DNA of 64,000 bases, taken from Candidatus Altiarchaeota archaeon. Lineage in GTDB: Archaea > Altiarchaeota > Altiarchaeia > IMC4 > QMZM01. Made by a program: the position numbers and the translations under genes. Location: assembly GCA_038891095.1 (NCBI GenBank), contig JAWAEV010000003.1, positions 9,028 to 73,027 on the forward strand, given 5' to 3'. Shown piece by piece: positions 1 to 10,493 of this stretch. How positions within the stretch are numbered: the stretch's first letter is position 1; the number at the start of each line of letters is the position of its first letter. The notes below the pieces were generated by a model. The model had not been told where the DNA came from, searched no databases, and was given only the letters and a program-made list of their open reading frames with translations.

Positions 1-432
1 TGGGTTTCTCTCACTGGTGGTGAGCCAATGCTGGAAAAAAATCTCTCAAAATTGATAAAAAGATTGAGAAAGCAGAAATATAAAATTTTTTTGGAAACAA
101 ATGCTACTCTATTTGATGAAAAAATTTTTTCTATATGTGATTTTATTTCAATTGGTTTAAAAGCGCCCTCAAGTGGAAATTCATATTATAACGAAAAGGT
201 TTTTTCTTATGCTATAAAACATCCAAAGAAGACTCAGATAAAAGTTGTAATCCATAGCAAAGAGGATATTTCTTTCTTCAGAAAAATTTATAAAAGTAAT
301 GAAAAATACAAAAATTGGATCTTACAACCAGAGTGGTCTGTAATGAAAAAGTTAGATTATAATGCCATAATAAGAGAATTTCCAAAAGTTAGGATAATTC
401 CTCAAACTCATAAAATTTTGAAAGTAAAATAA
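1..432 (+). CDS. queE: 7-carboxy-7-deazaguanine synthase QueE-like radical SAM protein (5'-partial; ORF runs off the window start)
   Basis: The frame is open from nt 1 (…SLTGGEPMLEKN…). The GGEP(M/L)L motif and protein size match QueE, and the adjacent gene is FolE2 (preQ0/archaeosine pathway). Confidence 0.55.
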   Translation, partial: WVSLTGGEPMLEKNLSKLIKRLRKQKYKIFLETNATLFDEKIFSICDFISIGLKAPSSGNSYYNEKVFSYAIKHPKKTQIKVVIHSKEDISFFRKIYKSNEKYKNWILQPEWSVMKKLDYNAIIREFPKVRIIPQTHKILKVK

Positions 433-433
433 A

Positions 434-1219
434 ATGAATGACACACAAGACAACTTACCAAAAATTCAAGAAAATTTAGAAAAAGTTGGGATAACAAATT
501 TAAGAACACTTATAACAACAAATTGGAAAGGTAAGGAGTACAGATTTATTCCAGAAATTGAGGTAACTCTTAACTTAGACAAAAAAAAGAAAGGAGTTCA
601 TATGAGCAGGCTTATTGAGTCAATCTCTGAAGTTGTTGAGAAGAAAATTAAGAAAAAGTATGGTTCAATTGAAGAATTAGAGAGAAGTATATTAGAGGAA
701 ATAAAAAGAAAACATAACTATAAAAAGGCTGAAATTTCAATGCGCTCTCAATTAATTCTTGAAAAGAAAACACCTATAACAAAAAGGCAAACTTTTGAAA
801 CTTATGATTTTGAAATTTGTGTTATCTCAGATAAAGGATTTTCAAAATTTCTTAGAGTTGATGTGGTTGGAGCAACATCTTGTCCACATGCAATGAAAAA
901 TGGTAAAACCCATATGCAAAGAGCAGTTGCAACTCTAAAAATTAAAACTTCTTATGAGAATGAAATTGAAATTGAGGATATGATTTCTTGCGTTGAAGAG
1001 TGTTTTTCATCAGAAGTTTACACTCTATTGAAAACAGAAGATGAAAGACATATAATTAACAAAATGTTCTCAAACCCAAAATTTGTTGAAGATGTCACAA
1101 GAGAAATTCTCCACAGAGCAAAGAAAAAATTTAAAAATTGCGAGATTTCTGCGAGAACTATCTCTTATGAGTCAATTCATCGTCATAATGTTTTAGCTGA
1201 GGGGAGATGCAAAAGCTAA
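434..1219 (+). CDS. folE2: GTP cyclohydrolase FolE2/MptA family (type IB)
   Basis: 261 aa with a GVHMSR motif and a size typical of DUF198/FolE2. It follows QueE with a 1-nt gap. Confidence 0.6.
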   Translation: MNDTQDNLPKIQENLEKVGITNLRTLITTNWKGKEYRFIPEIEVTLNLDKKKKGVHMSRLIESISEVVEKKIKKKYGSIEELERSILEEIKRKHNYKKAEISMRSQLILEKKTPITKRQTFETYDFEICVISDKGFSKFLRVDVVGATSCPHAMKNGKTHMQRAVATLKIKTSYENEIEIEDMISCVEECFSSEVYTLLKTEDERHIINKMFSNPKFVEDVTREILHRAKKKFKNCEISARTISYESIHRHNVLAEGRCKS

Positions 1220-1443
1220 TGTTATTTATCTTATAATGTTTATAATTTAATAAAAATTGAAAATATTTGCTGAATTTTTATTTGTGCAATTTATAAGTTA
1301 TCTTTCTATTTTTGTTTTTACTCCAATTTTTTATAGTGAAAAATGTTTTATATAATTGGTAAATCCGATATAGGAAAAAGCCGTGATAGAAGTGGCGGCT
1401 TGAAAAAAATTAAGCAAAAACCCCACAAAAAGGAAGGAGAAGT

Positions 1444-2272
1444 CATGAAAATTGCTCAGAGAAATGTTTTAACAATACATGAAACAATGCCTATAATAAA
1501 TGCTGCAAAACTTATGGAGAAGAATGACTTCAGAAGATTGCCTGTTGTTGATGCAGGCACTAATCGCTTGCAAGGCCTAATTGTTGCGATTGACATTCTT
1601 GATTTCTTAGGTGGAGGAGAAAAATATAATATAATTCTAAAAGACTATAATGGAAATTTTCTTTCAGCAATAAATTGTCCAGTGGGAAAAATAATGAGAA
1701 ATGCGAGCTTTGTTGATAAGGAAGCGAATATCACTGATGTTATTGACATTATGGTGAAGAACAGAACTTCTGCAATTCCTATTGTCAACAACACTGAAGA
1801 TAGGAAGGTTATTGCAATTGTGACAGAGAGAGATGTTCTACCAAAAAATGAGAAAGTTGGTATAAAGGTTGAGGAGGTCATGGAAAAGAATGTTATAACA
1901 CTAAGTCTTGGAATGATGATATCAGATGTCTCAAAGGTCATGGTAAGAAATGGTTATAGAAGATTACCTGTAATGCAAGAAGATAGACTTATTGGAATTG
2001 TGACTGTTTTTGATGTTTTGAAATTTTTAGAGTATGGTGAATTTAAAGGTGTTGATGCTGATGAGGTGCTATCAGAGAGAGTTGAAAAGATTATGGAAAG
2101 TGATGTTATAACTGTTAGGAAAGATCAGGATATAGGAGAAATTTCTGCATTAGTAAAAAACACAGGAATTGGCGGCTTTCCTGTTTTAGAGAAAAATAAA
2201 TTGATTGGCATAATAACAACATCCGACATAATCCGCGGAATTTATGAACATGGTAAAAATTTTTATTTTTAA
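1444..2272 (+). CDS. CBS-domain protein (four tandem CBS motifs)
   Basis: Repeated '…RLPV(V/M)…I(G/A)I(V/I)T..D(I/V)L' CBS signatures. Start chosen at MKIAQ (1444), preceded by GGAGG rather than at the upstream M at 1343. Confidence 0.7.
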
Positions 2273-2319
2273 AGGTTTAATCTAAAGTATTAATTTGCAC
2301 TTTTTGTTAAAGCTAAAAA

Positions 2320-2538
2320 TTGAAAAATATACTTGTTCCTAAACATGAGGTATTGAGTGCTGAAGAAGCTGAACGTGTTCTGCAAAACTATAATGTAACA
2401 AGAGAGGAAATGCCAAAAATTAAAATTCACGATCCTGGAATAAAAGGCTTGAATGCAAAGGTAGGGGATATAATAAAAATTACGAGAAATAGCCCAACGG
2501 CTGGTGAAGCTATTTACTATAGAGTTGTTATAGAATAA
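2320..2538 (+). CDS. rpoH: DNA-directed RNA polymerase subunit H (Rpb5-like)
   Basis: 72 aa with the archaeal RpoH motif '…HVLVPKHEVLS.EE…YYRVV' (here HEVLSAEEAE…IYYRVVIE). It sits immediately upstream of rpoB. Confidence 0.85.
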   Translation: MKNILVPKHEVLSAEEAERVLQNYNVTREEMPKIKIHDPGIKGLNAKVGDIIKITRNSPTAGEAIYYRVVIE

Positions 2539-2541
2539 AGA

Positions 2542-5500
2542 ATGATTAGAGCTAAAGATTTTATCAAAAAAGAGGACCTTATAAAATTTCAGATAGAATC
2601 ATTTAACTATCTAATAGATCATGGTCTGCAAGAGGTTATCAACGAAAGAGAATTAATAGATATTGAAATTCCTGGTTATGAACTTGAGTTTGGAAAAATT
2701 CGTGTTGGGACTCCTGTTGTAAATGAATCTGGCCAAGGTGCTGAAGTTCGTTATCCATATGAATGTAGGTTAAGAAATTTGACTTATTCTGCACCAATAT
2801 ATCTTGAATTTATAGAAAATGGAAATCCTGTAGAGGTGGAAATTGGGCACCTCCCAGTAATGCTTAAATCAAAAATTTGTCTCCTAAATGGATTGAGCAG
2901 AGAGGAGTTAATTGACTTATATGAAGACCCAGAAGATCCAGGAGGATATTTTATTATAAATGGTACTGAACGCTCACTCGTTATAGTTGAAGATTTAGCT
3001 CCAAATAGAATTGTAACAACAAAGGAAATTGTAACTGGGAAAGAAGTTTTTATAGCGAAAGTTTTCTCTGTAAGACAAGGTTTTAGGTCAAGAGTAACTG
3101 TCGAAAGAAGAGAGGCAAGTTCATCAGGAACACTTTTTGTAACATTCCCAGGAGTTCCAAATAGAATACCACTAACTGTTTTGATGAAAGCTCTTGGTTT
3201 AGAGGATAAAGAAATTTTAGATCTATTCTATGATGAAAATTCAATTTTGGAAGTTCTTTTAAATTTAGAGCTAAGGACTATGTCAAAGGAAGAAGCATTT
3301 GACTATTTATGTAAGAGGGTTGGTGCAGGTCATGCTCGCCAATATCAATCAACAAGAGCGAATCAAGTTATAAATAACTTCCTGCTTCCACATATTGGTA
3401 ATACAGAGAAAGATAGAAAGGCAAAAGGGATATATCTTGGGATAATGGCAAGAAAAGTTCTTGATTTAGTTTATGATTTAAGAGAAGCTGATGATAAAGA
3501 TCACTATTCAAATAAAAGATTAAGACTTGCAGGAGATTTAATGCAAGAACTTTTTAGAGTTAGCTTTAATAAAATTGCTCGTGATATAAAATATCAGTTA
3601 GAAAAGCAACACGCCAGACATAGAAAAGTTAGCATAAAAACAGCTGTCAGAAGCAATAATCTTACTGAGTCTTTATGCTATGCTTTAGCAACTGGAAACT
3701 GGACTGGTGGTAGATCTGGGGTCTCTCAAGTTCTTGATAGAACAAATTTCCTCTCATCAATTGCCCATCGCAGAAGGATTTCTTCTCTACTTTCTCGTTC
3801 ACATCCACACTTTGAAGCTCGTGATTTACATGCCACTCAATTAGGAAGAATTTGTCCATCTGAAACACCTGAAGGACAAAATTGTGGCTTAGTTAAGAAT
3901 TTAGCAATTAGTGTTGTCATCTCAAATGATGAAGATGAAAAACCAATAGAAGACTACTTACAAAAATTTGGAGTAAAAGAAACATCACATGGAAAAACAT
4001 TTGTATACTTGAATGGTAGATTAATTGGGGAACACTCAAGACCAGAGTTATTAGTTGAGAAGCTCAGAGAGCTAAGAAGAAGCAATGTTATTGCCTTTGA
4101 TATTTCAATAAGCTATCATGAAGAAAATAGAGAAGTTCAAATTTATACCGACAGAGGAAGAGTTCTCAGACCATTAATTATAGTTGAAAATGGAAAACCA
4201 AAATTGAAGGAAAAAGATATTGAAAGAGTTAGAGAAGGTAAGATAAAATTTTTTGATCTTGTAAAAGAAGGTTTGATTGAGTATATTGATTCGGAAGAAG
4301 AAGAGAATACTTATATTGCTGAAAGTTTGAATGAGTTGACTAAGGAGCATACACACATGGAACTCTCTCCTGAGCTTATACTTGGTGTTGCAGCTGGCTT
4401 AGTGCCATATCCTGAACATAATTCATCTCCAAGAGTAACAATGGGTGCAGCAATGGCAAAACAATCTCTTGGTTTATATTGCTCAAGTTATCATTCAAGA
4501 TTTGATTCAAGAGCAAATATTTTGCACTATCCACAATTACCATTAGTTAAGACAAGTATTTCTGAGAGTTTTGAGTATGGGAAAAGGCCAGCTGGTCAAA
4601 ATTTTGTTGTTGCTATAATGAGCTATGAGGGTTATAACATGGAGGATGCTATAATCCTAAATAAATCTTCAATTGATAGAGGTTTAGGAAGATCTACATT
4701 TTATAGGACATATTCAACCGAAGCTAGAACTTATCCATCGGGCCAAAGTGATAAATTTGAGATTCCATCACCAGATGTGGAAGGTGCACAAGCTGAGGAG
4801 ACATATGCAAAACTTGGTAAGGAGGGTATAATTTTTCCTGAAACTTATGTCTATGATAATGAAGTCCTTATAGGAAAGACATCACCACCAAGATTCTTAG
4901 AGGAAATTGGACCTTATGGCATGGTAAAGGAGAGGAGAAGAGAAAACTCTGTTACAGTAAGACATATGGAATCAGGAATAGTTGATGGTGTTCTTCTAAC
5001 AGAATCAATTGAGAGAAATAAATTAGTTAAAGTTCGTGTTAGGTCTCCGAGAATTCCAGAACTAGGAGATAAATTTGCATCACGCCATGGTCAAAAAGGA
5101 GTTGTTGGTTTAATTGTAAATCAAGAGGATATGCCATTTACTAAGGATGGAGTAGTACCAGATTTGATATTGAATCCGCATGCAATACCATCAAGAATGA
5201 CTATTGGTCATTTAATTGAAACAATTGCAGGTAAAGTCGCATGTATTGAAGGTAATGTTGTTGATGGTAGTGCTTTTGAGCATGAAGAAGAAAATGACCT
5301 AAGGAAAAAACTTGAGAAATATGGATTTAAATCAACAGGTAAAGAGGTAATGTATAATGGAAAAACCGGTCAAAAATTTGAGGTTGAAATTTTTATTGGT
5401 GTTGTTTACTATCAAAGACTACATCATATGGTTATAAATAAGATCCACGCACGATCTCGAGGACCAGTGCAAATGTTAACAAGACAACCTACTGAAGGTA

Positions 5501-5799
5501 GGGCAAGAGAAGGTGGCCTTCGCTTTGGTGAAATGGAAAGAGATTGCCTTATAGGTCATGGAGCAGCAATGATGTTAAAAGATAGGCTTCTAGATGAATC
5601 AGATAGAATTTATGTCCCTGTTTGTTTGAAGTGTGGTTTAATTGCAACAACTGATGCTGAGAAAAAAGAGACTATATGCCCAATTTGTAATGACTCTAAA
5701 GTTGAGATGGTTGAAATCGCATATGCCTTTAAACTTCTGCTAAACGAATTAATGGGTATGTGTGTATATCCAAAATTGATTTTGAAAGATAAGGTTTAA
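2542..5799 (+). CDS. rpoB: DNA-directed RNA polymerase subunit B (unsplit)
   Basis: 1085 aa. It carries the canonical RpoB/Rpb2 motifs (GDKFASRHGQKG, Zn-ribbon C…C near the C-terminus). Confidence 0.95.
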   Translation: MIRAKDFIKKEDLIKFQIESFNYLIDHGLQEVINERELIDIEIPGYELEFGKIRVGTPVVNESGQGAEVRYPYECRLRNLTYSAPIYLEFIENGNPVEVEIGHLPVMLKSKICLLNGLSREELIDLYEDPEDPGGYFIINGTERSLVIVEDLAPNRIVTTKEIVTGKEVFIAKVFSVRQGFRSRVTVERREASSSGTLFVTFPGVPNRIPLTVLMKALGLEDKEILDLFYDENSILEVLLNLELRTMSKEEAFDYLCKRVGAGHARQYQSTRANQVINNFLLPHIGNTEKDRKAKGIYLGIMARKVLDLVYDLREADDKDHYSNKRLRLAGDLMQELFRVSFNKIARDIKYQLEKQHARHRKVSIKTAVRSNNLTESLCYALATGNWTGGRSGVSQVLDRTNFLSSIAHRRRISSLLSRSHPHFEARDLHATQLGRICPSETPEGQNCGLVKNLAISVVISNDEDEKPIEDYLQKFGVKETSHGKTFVYLNGRLIGEHSRPELLVEKLRELRRSNVIAFDISISYHEENREVQIYTDRGRVLRPLIIVENGKPKLKEKDIERVREGKIKFFDLVKEGLIEYIDSEEEENTYIAESLNELTKEHTHMELSPELILGVAAGLVPYPEHNSSPRVTMGAAMAKQSLGLYCSSYHSRFDSRANILHYPQLPLVKTSISESFEYGKRPAGQNFVVAIMSYEGYNMEDAIILNKSSIDRGLGRSTFYRTYSTEARTYPSGQSDKFEIPSPDVEGAQAEETYAKLGKEGIIFPETYVYDNEVLIGKTSPPRFLEEIGPYGMVKERRRENSVTVRHMESGIVDGVLLTESIERNKLVKVRVRSPRIPELGDKFASRHGQKGVVGLIVNQEDMPFTKDGVVPDLILNPHAIPSRMTIGHLIETIAGKVACIEGNVVDGSAFEHEEENDLRKKLEKYGFKSTGKEVMYNGKTGQKFEVEIFIGVVYYQRLHHMVINKIHARSRGPVQMLTRQPTEGRAREGGLRFGEMERDCLIGHGAAMMLKDRLLDESDRIYVPVCLKCGLIATTDAEKKETICPICNDSKVEMVEIAYAFKLLLNELMGMCVYPKLILKDKV

Positions 5800-5809
5800 T
5801 TCACAGAAA

Positions 5810-8800
5810 ATGATAGTAAGAAAAAAAATTAAGGCTATAGAATTTGGACTTTTTTCTCCAGCAATGATCAAAAAGCTATCTGCAGTAAAAATTTTTACTT
5901 CAAATACTTATGATGAAGATGGTTATCCTATTGAAGGCGGTTTAATGGATCCAAGATTAGGGGTAATTGATCCAGGTATAAGATGCAAAACTTGTGGTGG
6001 TAGACTTGGAGAATGCCAAGGACATTTTGGGCATATTGAATTAACAAGACCAGTTATTCATGTTGGATACGCAAAAGAAATTTATAAATTGCTAAAAATA
6101 ACATGTAGAAGTTGCTCAAGAATTTTGCTTTCTGAAGATAAAATAAAGAAGTTAAATTCTATAGATGAAATAATTGAAAATGCTGCAAAGGTAAATGAAT
6201 CTCAAGGTAAATGCCCTTATTGCAATGAACAACAAATAAAAATAAAATTTGTTAGGCCATATTCCTACTATGAAGGAGAAACATCTTTATTGCCAACTGA
6301 TATAAGGGAGAGATTTGAAAAAATAACAGAAGATGACTTAAAGCTATTAGGAGTTAAAATAAGGCCTGAATGGATGATTCTTTCCGTTCTGCCTGTTTTG
6401 CCAATAATAGTCAGACCTTCAATAACTCTTGAATCAGCAGACAGAAGTGAAGATGATTTAACTCATAAATTAGTTGATATTTTAAGGATAAACCAAAGAT
6501 TGGAAGAAAATATAAATTCCGGAGCACCGCAACTAATTGTTGAGGATCTTTGGGATCTATTACAATATCATGTTGCAACTTATTTTGACAATGGTATCAT
6601 AGGAATTCCACCTGCAAGACATCGATCTGGTAGACCATTAAAGACAATTACTCAAAGACTTAAAGGTAAAGAAGGTAGATTTAGAAATAATTTATCTGGT
6701 AAAAGGGTAAATTTCTCTGCAAGAACAGTAGTTAGCCCAGACCCAGAGATATCGATAAATGAAGTTGTTGTACCAAAAGTTATCGCAACTGAGCTAACTA
6801 TTCCTGAAGAAGTTAATGAAAGAAATATTAAGAAACTTAGAGAACTTATATTGAATGGACCAAACGCACATCCCGGAGCTAAAAATGTGATAGTTGAATA
6901 TGGAAGAAAAAGAGTTATGGAGAGTAATAAAAAGGAAATTGCAGCATCTCTAAAAGAAGGCGATATAGTTGAAAGAACTATAAAAGATGGCGATTTAGTT
7001 ATATTCAACAGACAACCTTCATTACATAGAATTTCAATGATGTGTCATCAAGTTAAAGTTCTCCCATATAATACCTTTAGGTTAAATACTGCCGTTTGTG
7101 CTCCATATAATGCAGATTTCGATGGAGATGAAATGAATTTGCATGTCCCACAAACAGAAGAAGCAAGAGCTGAAGCAGAGATACTTATGAAAGTTCAGGA
7201 ATGCATTCTTTCTCCAAGATATGGCAGGCCAATAATCGGTGGTAGACATGACCATGTTACTGGAACTTATTTGCTTACTAAGAAAGACTCAAAATTTGAT
7301 AGAAAAACAGCATTAAATTTGGTTAAAGACTTAGCTGAGCTGCCTAAGGATAAAAAAACTTTTACTGGAAAAGAAATTTTTTCATTTCTTTTACCAAAAG
7401 ATTTTTCTGTTAAATATAAAGCAAAATTATGTAAAAAGTGTGAAACTTGTAAAAAAGAGAAATGTGAGGATGAAGCTTATGTTGTTATAAATAATGGTAC
7501 ATTAATTTCAGGAGTAATTGATTCTCAGGGAATGGCAGGAACATTAGTAAATGAATTGTTCCTTAGATATGGCTCAGACATAACAAGAGAATTTATTGAT
7601 AAATCTACAAAACTTGCAATAAGGGTTGTTATGCTTCATGGCTTTACTATTGGTATAGACGAGGAAGATCTACCTACAAAAGAGATAAATGAAATAAGTA
7701 AAGTTATATCAAAGAGTGATGAGATTGTGAATTCTTTAATTAAAGAATTTAATGAAGGTAAATTAAAACCAATTCCTGGAAAGTCATCAGAGGAATCACT
7801 TGAAGATTATATAATGGCTGAATTATCAAAAGCAAGAAATGATGCTGGTAAGATAGCAGAGAAATTTGCAAAAGATAACTTTTTAGCTGTAATGGCAAAG
7901 ATAGGTGCTCGAGGCTCATTATTAAATTTAACTCAAATGAGTGCTTGCGTAGGTCAACAAGCAGTTCGTGGAAAAAGAATTAAGAGAGGTTATTTTGCAA
8001 GAACACTTTCTCATTTCAAAAAAGGTGATGTCTCTGCTAGTGCTAATGGATTTGTATCATCAAACTTTAAAAATGGTTTATCTATGAAAGAATACTTCTT
8101 CCATGCTATGGGTGGAAGAGAAAGCTTAGTTGACACTGCCATTAGGACTGGTAGATCTGGGTATATGCAAAGAAGGCTTATTAATGCTTTACAAGATCTT
8201 AGGGTTTATCCTGATTTAAGTGTTCGTGGAACTCCAGGTATAATCGTCCAATTTAAATATGGTGAAGATGGTGTTGATCCATCTAAAAAAGGTTATCTCA
8301 AATACAAAGAGGAAAACTATATAAAGAAGGCATTAGTTGTTCCTGGTGAGGCTGTCGGTACTGTTGCTGCTCAATCTATTGGTGAACCAGGAACTCAAAT
8401 GACTTTAAGAACTTTCCACTATGCAGGTGTTGCTGAATTAGCTGTGCCACTTGGCTTACCAAGATTAATAGAGATTATAGACGCAAAAAGATCTCCAAAT
8501 AATCCAATGATGACAATTTACTTAGATGAAAAAAATAGAAAAAGTAGGGAATTCGCAGAGTCTCTTGCTAATAAATTACAAGAAATTTTCCTCAAAGATG
8601 TTTCAAAAATTGAAGTTAGTATAGAGAGAAAAGAAATTATTGTTGAAACTGATAACGAAGAAGCAAAAGCCATTCTCGAGAAAATTTCTGAAAATAGTTC
8701 AAAGAATAAATTTGTAATAAAGAAAAAATCTTTGATAGAGCTGAAAAAATTAATGAATAAACTAGAGAAGAAAAGACTTTCAGGAGTAAAAGGGATCAAA

Positions 8801-9295
8801 AGGGTTTTTGTAAGAGAACAAAATGGTGAATTTGTGATCTATACTGAGGGTTCAAATTTAAAGGCAATTCTTAGCTTAGAAGGAGTTGATAAGGAGAGAA
8901 CAACAACAAATGATATACAACAAATCTATGAAGTTTTAGGTATAGAAGCAGCAAGAAATGCAATTATAAATGAAGCAATGAAAGTTCTTGAAGAACAAAG
9001 GTTAGATGTTGATATAAGGCATATAATGCTAGTTGCTGACAGAATGTGTGTTACAGGCGAGCTACAAGCAGTTGGAAGAACCGGCATTAGTGGTTCTAAG
9101 GAATCAGTTCTTGCAAGAGCTGCATTTGAAGAAACTGAAAAGCATATATTAAATGCTGCTCTTTATGGAGAAGTTGATACTCTTAGTGGTGTTGCCGAAA
9201 ATATAATAATAGGTCAACCAATTCCAATTGGAACTGGAACTGTTGAGTTAGAGGTTAAAAAAACTCAAGAAAAGAAAAATGAATCTAAAGACTGA
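5810..9295 (+). CDS. rpoA: DNA-directed RNA polymerase subunit A (A' and A'' fused in one ORF)
   Basis: 1161 aa continuous ORF. The N-terminus has the clamp/Zn-finger and NADFDGDEMN active site (A'). The C-terminal third has trigger-loop motifs (AAQSIGEPGTQMTLRTFHYAGV) normally found in a separate A'' protein. Confidence 0.9.
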   Translation: MIVRKKIKAIEFGLFSPAMIKKLSAVKIFTSNTYDEDGYPIEGGLMDPRLGVIDPGIRCKTCGGRLGECQGHFGHIELTRPVIHVGYAKEIYKLLKITCRSCSRILLSEDKIKKLNSIDEIIENAAKVNESQGKCPYCNEQQIKIKFVRPYSYYEGETSLLPTDIRERFEKITEDDLKLLGVKIRPEWMILSVLPVLPIIVRPSITLESADRSEDDLTHKLVDILRINQRLEENINSGAPQLIVEDLWDLLQYHVATYFDNGIIGIPPARHRSGRPLKTITQRLKGKEGRFRNNLSGKRVNFSARTVVSPDPEISINEVVVPKVIATELTIPEEVNERNIKKLRELILNGPNAHPGAKNVIVEYGRKRVMESNKKEIAASLKEGDIVERTIKDGDLVIFNRQPSLHRISMMCHQVKVLPYNTFRLNTAVCAPYNADFDGDEMNLHVPQTEEARAEAEILMKVQECILSPRYGRPIIGGRHDHVTGTYLLTKKDSKFDRKTALNLVKDLAELPKDKKTFTGKEIFSFLLPKDFSVKYKAKLCKKCETCKKEKCEDEAYVVINNGTLISGVIDSQGMAGTLVNELFLRYGSDITREFIDKSTKLAIRVVMLHGFTIGIDEEDLPTKEINEISKVISKSDEIVNSLIKEFNEGKLKPIPGKSSEESLEDYIMAELSKARNDAGKIAEKFAKDNFLAVMAKIGARGSLLNLTQMSACVGQQAVRGKRIKRGYFARTLSHFKKGDVSASANGFVSSNFKNGLSMKEYFFHAMGGRESLVDTAIRTGRSGYMQRRLINALQDLRVYPDLSVRGTPGIIVQFKYGEDGVDPSKKGYLKYKEENYIKKALVVPGEAVGTVAAQSIGEPGTQMTLRTFHYAGVAELAVPLGLPRLIEIIDAKRSPNNPMMTIYLDEKNRKSREFAESLANKLQEIFLKDVSKIEVSIERKEIIVETDNEEAKAILEKISENSSKNKFVIKKKSLIELKKLMNKLEKKRLSGVKGIKRVFVREQNGEFVIYTEGSNLKAILSLEGVDKERTTTNDIQQIYEVLGIEAARNAIINEAMKVLEEQRLDVDIRHIMLVADRMCVTGELQAVGRTGISGSKESVLARAAFEETEKHILNAALYGEVDTLSGVAENIIIGQPIPIGTGTVELEVKKTQEKKNESKD

Positions 9296-9596
9296 ATTAG
9301 AGAAAGCAGAAAAAACAGGAAAAGTTGCACTTGGTGTAAAAAGCGTTAAGCATGCATTTTTAAATGGAAATCCAAAATTAGTGCTAATTAGCAAGAATTG
9401 TCCGATTGAGATTTTTGATGAATTTTTATATTATGGAAAATTATCAAATGTTCCCTGTATAGTTTTAGATAAAAACTCAGAAGAACTTGGGGCACTTTGT
9501 GGAAAACCATTTTCAGTTTCTTCCTTATGTATCTTAGACGAAGGCGAGAGTTCAATTTTAGAAATAGTAAAGGAACATGGAAAAAATAAAACTTGA
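9279..9596 (+). CDS. rpl30e: 50S ribosomal protein L30e
   Basis: 105 aa L30e/L7Ae-fold sequence (…KLVLIS.NCP…) at the conserved position after rpoA. Confidence 0.8.
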   Translation: MNLKTELEKAEKTGKVALGVKSVKHAFLNGNPKLVLISKNCPIEIFDEFLYYGKLSNVPCIVLDKNSEELGALCGKPFSVSSLCILDEGESSILEIVKEHGKNKT

Positions 9597-10008
9597 TGCA
9601 AATGAGATAAAATACATAACTCTCTTTGAGAGTTTAACAGGTGCAAAAGTCAAAGACTGTGTAACTGAGAAAAATGCACTTGGATTTTTAATTGAGCAAG
9701 GTTATATGGGACTAGCAATTGGTAAAAATGGTAGTAATGTTTCAAAGGTAATGAAATTGACTGGAAGGAATATATTCGTTATGGAAGCCTCAGATGACTT
9801 AAAAAAATTTCTTGATAACCTCTTTCAACCTTTAAAAATCAGAAATAGTAGAATATTTGAAGATGGTAAAGAGAAAGTCGCTATTTTAGAATTGAATAAG
9901 AAGGATAGAAGCAAAGCGATTGGCCAGGATGGAGTTAGAATAAAGATAGCAAAAAAATTAGCAGAAAGACATTTTGGGTTAAATGACATAAAAATTAAAA
10001 CAGTATAG
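9577..10008 (+). CDS. nusA: Transcription termination/antitermination factor NusA (archaeal, KH-only)
   Basis: 143 aa with two KH motifs (IGKNGSNV…, IGQDGVRI…) at the conserved position before rps12. Confidence 0.8.
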   Translation: MEKIKLDANEIKYITLFESLTGAKVKDCVTEKNALGFLIEQGYMGLAIGKNGSNVSKVMKLTGRNIFVMEASDDLKKFLDNLFQPLKIRNSRIFEDGKEKVAILELNKKDRSKAIGQDGVRIKIAKKLAERHFGLNDIKIKTV

Positions 10009-10062
10009 CAAATCCAATTTTTTAACATATTTTGCTAATTTTATTTTCAAAAAAAATTTAAA

Positions 10063-10491
10063 ATGGCAAAGGGAGAATTTTCAGCTAAGAAACTAATTGA
10101 TTTAAGGCATAAATTTAGATGGAAAAAGGAAAAATATGCTCGCAGAGTTTTAAGATTGAAGAAAAAGCATGATCCTTTAGAAGGAGCACCACAAGCTAAG
10201 GGTATAGTTCTTGAAAAAGTTGGAATTGAAGCTAAACAGCCAAATTCTGCTATAAGGAAATGTGTGAGAGTTCAATTATTGAAGAATGGTAGACAGATAA
10301 CTGCATTTTGCCCAAGAGATAAGGCAGTTACATATATTGATGAACACGATGAAGTTATTGTTGAAGGTTTAGGTGGAAGAAAAGGTAGGAGTATGGGTGA
10401 TTTATCAGGAGTGAGATATAAAGTCATAAAAGTTAATGATATTTCTCTGAATGAATTAGTACATCATAGAAAGGAAAAACCTAAGAGATAA
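10063..10491 (+). CDS. rps12: 30S ribosomal protein S12 (uS12)
   Basis: [14 protein letters not shown]…GGR.G…GVRYK signature. Confidence 0.9.
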   Translation: MAKGEFSAKKLIDLRHKFRWKKEKYARRVLRLKKKHDPLEGAPQAKGIVLEKVGIEAKQPNSAIRKCVRVQLLKNGRQITAFCPRDKAVTYIDEHDEVIVEGLGGRKGRSMGDLSGVRYKVIKVNDISLNELVHHRKEKPKR

Positions 10492-10493
10492 GA

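Noticed and set aside
3662-4356. Antisense ORFs (68 and 60 aa) inside rpoB, and similar antisense/alternate-frame ORFs inside rpoA, ahcY, lonB, eno, H+-PPase etc.
   Set aside because: They lie entirely within strongly supported, conserved coding genes on the opposite strand or in another frame. They have low-complexity, hydrophobic or Ile/Phe/Leu-rich translations typical of AT-rich antisense frames.
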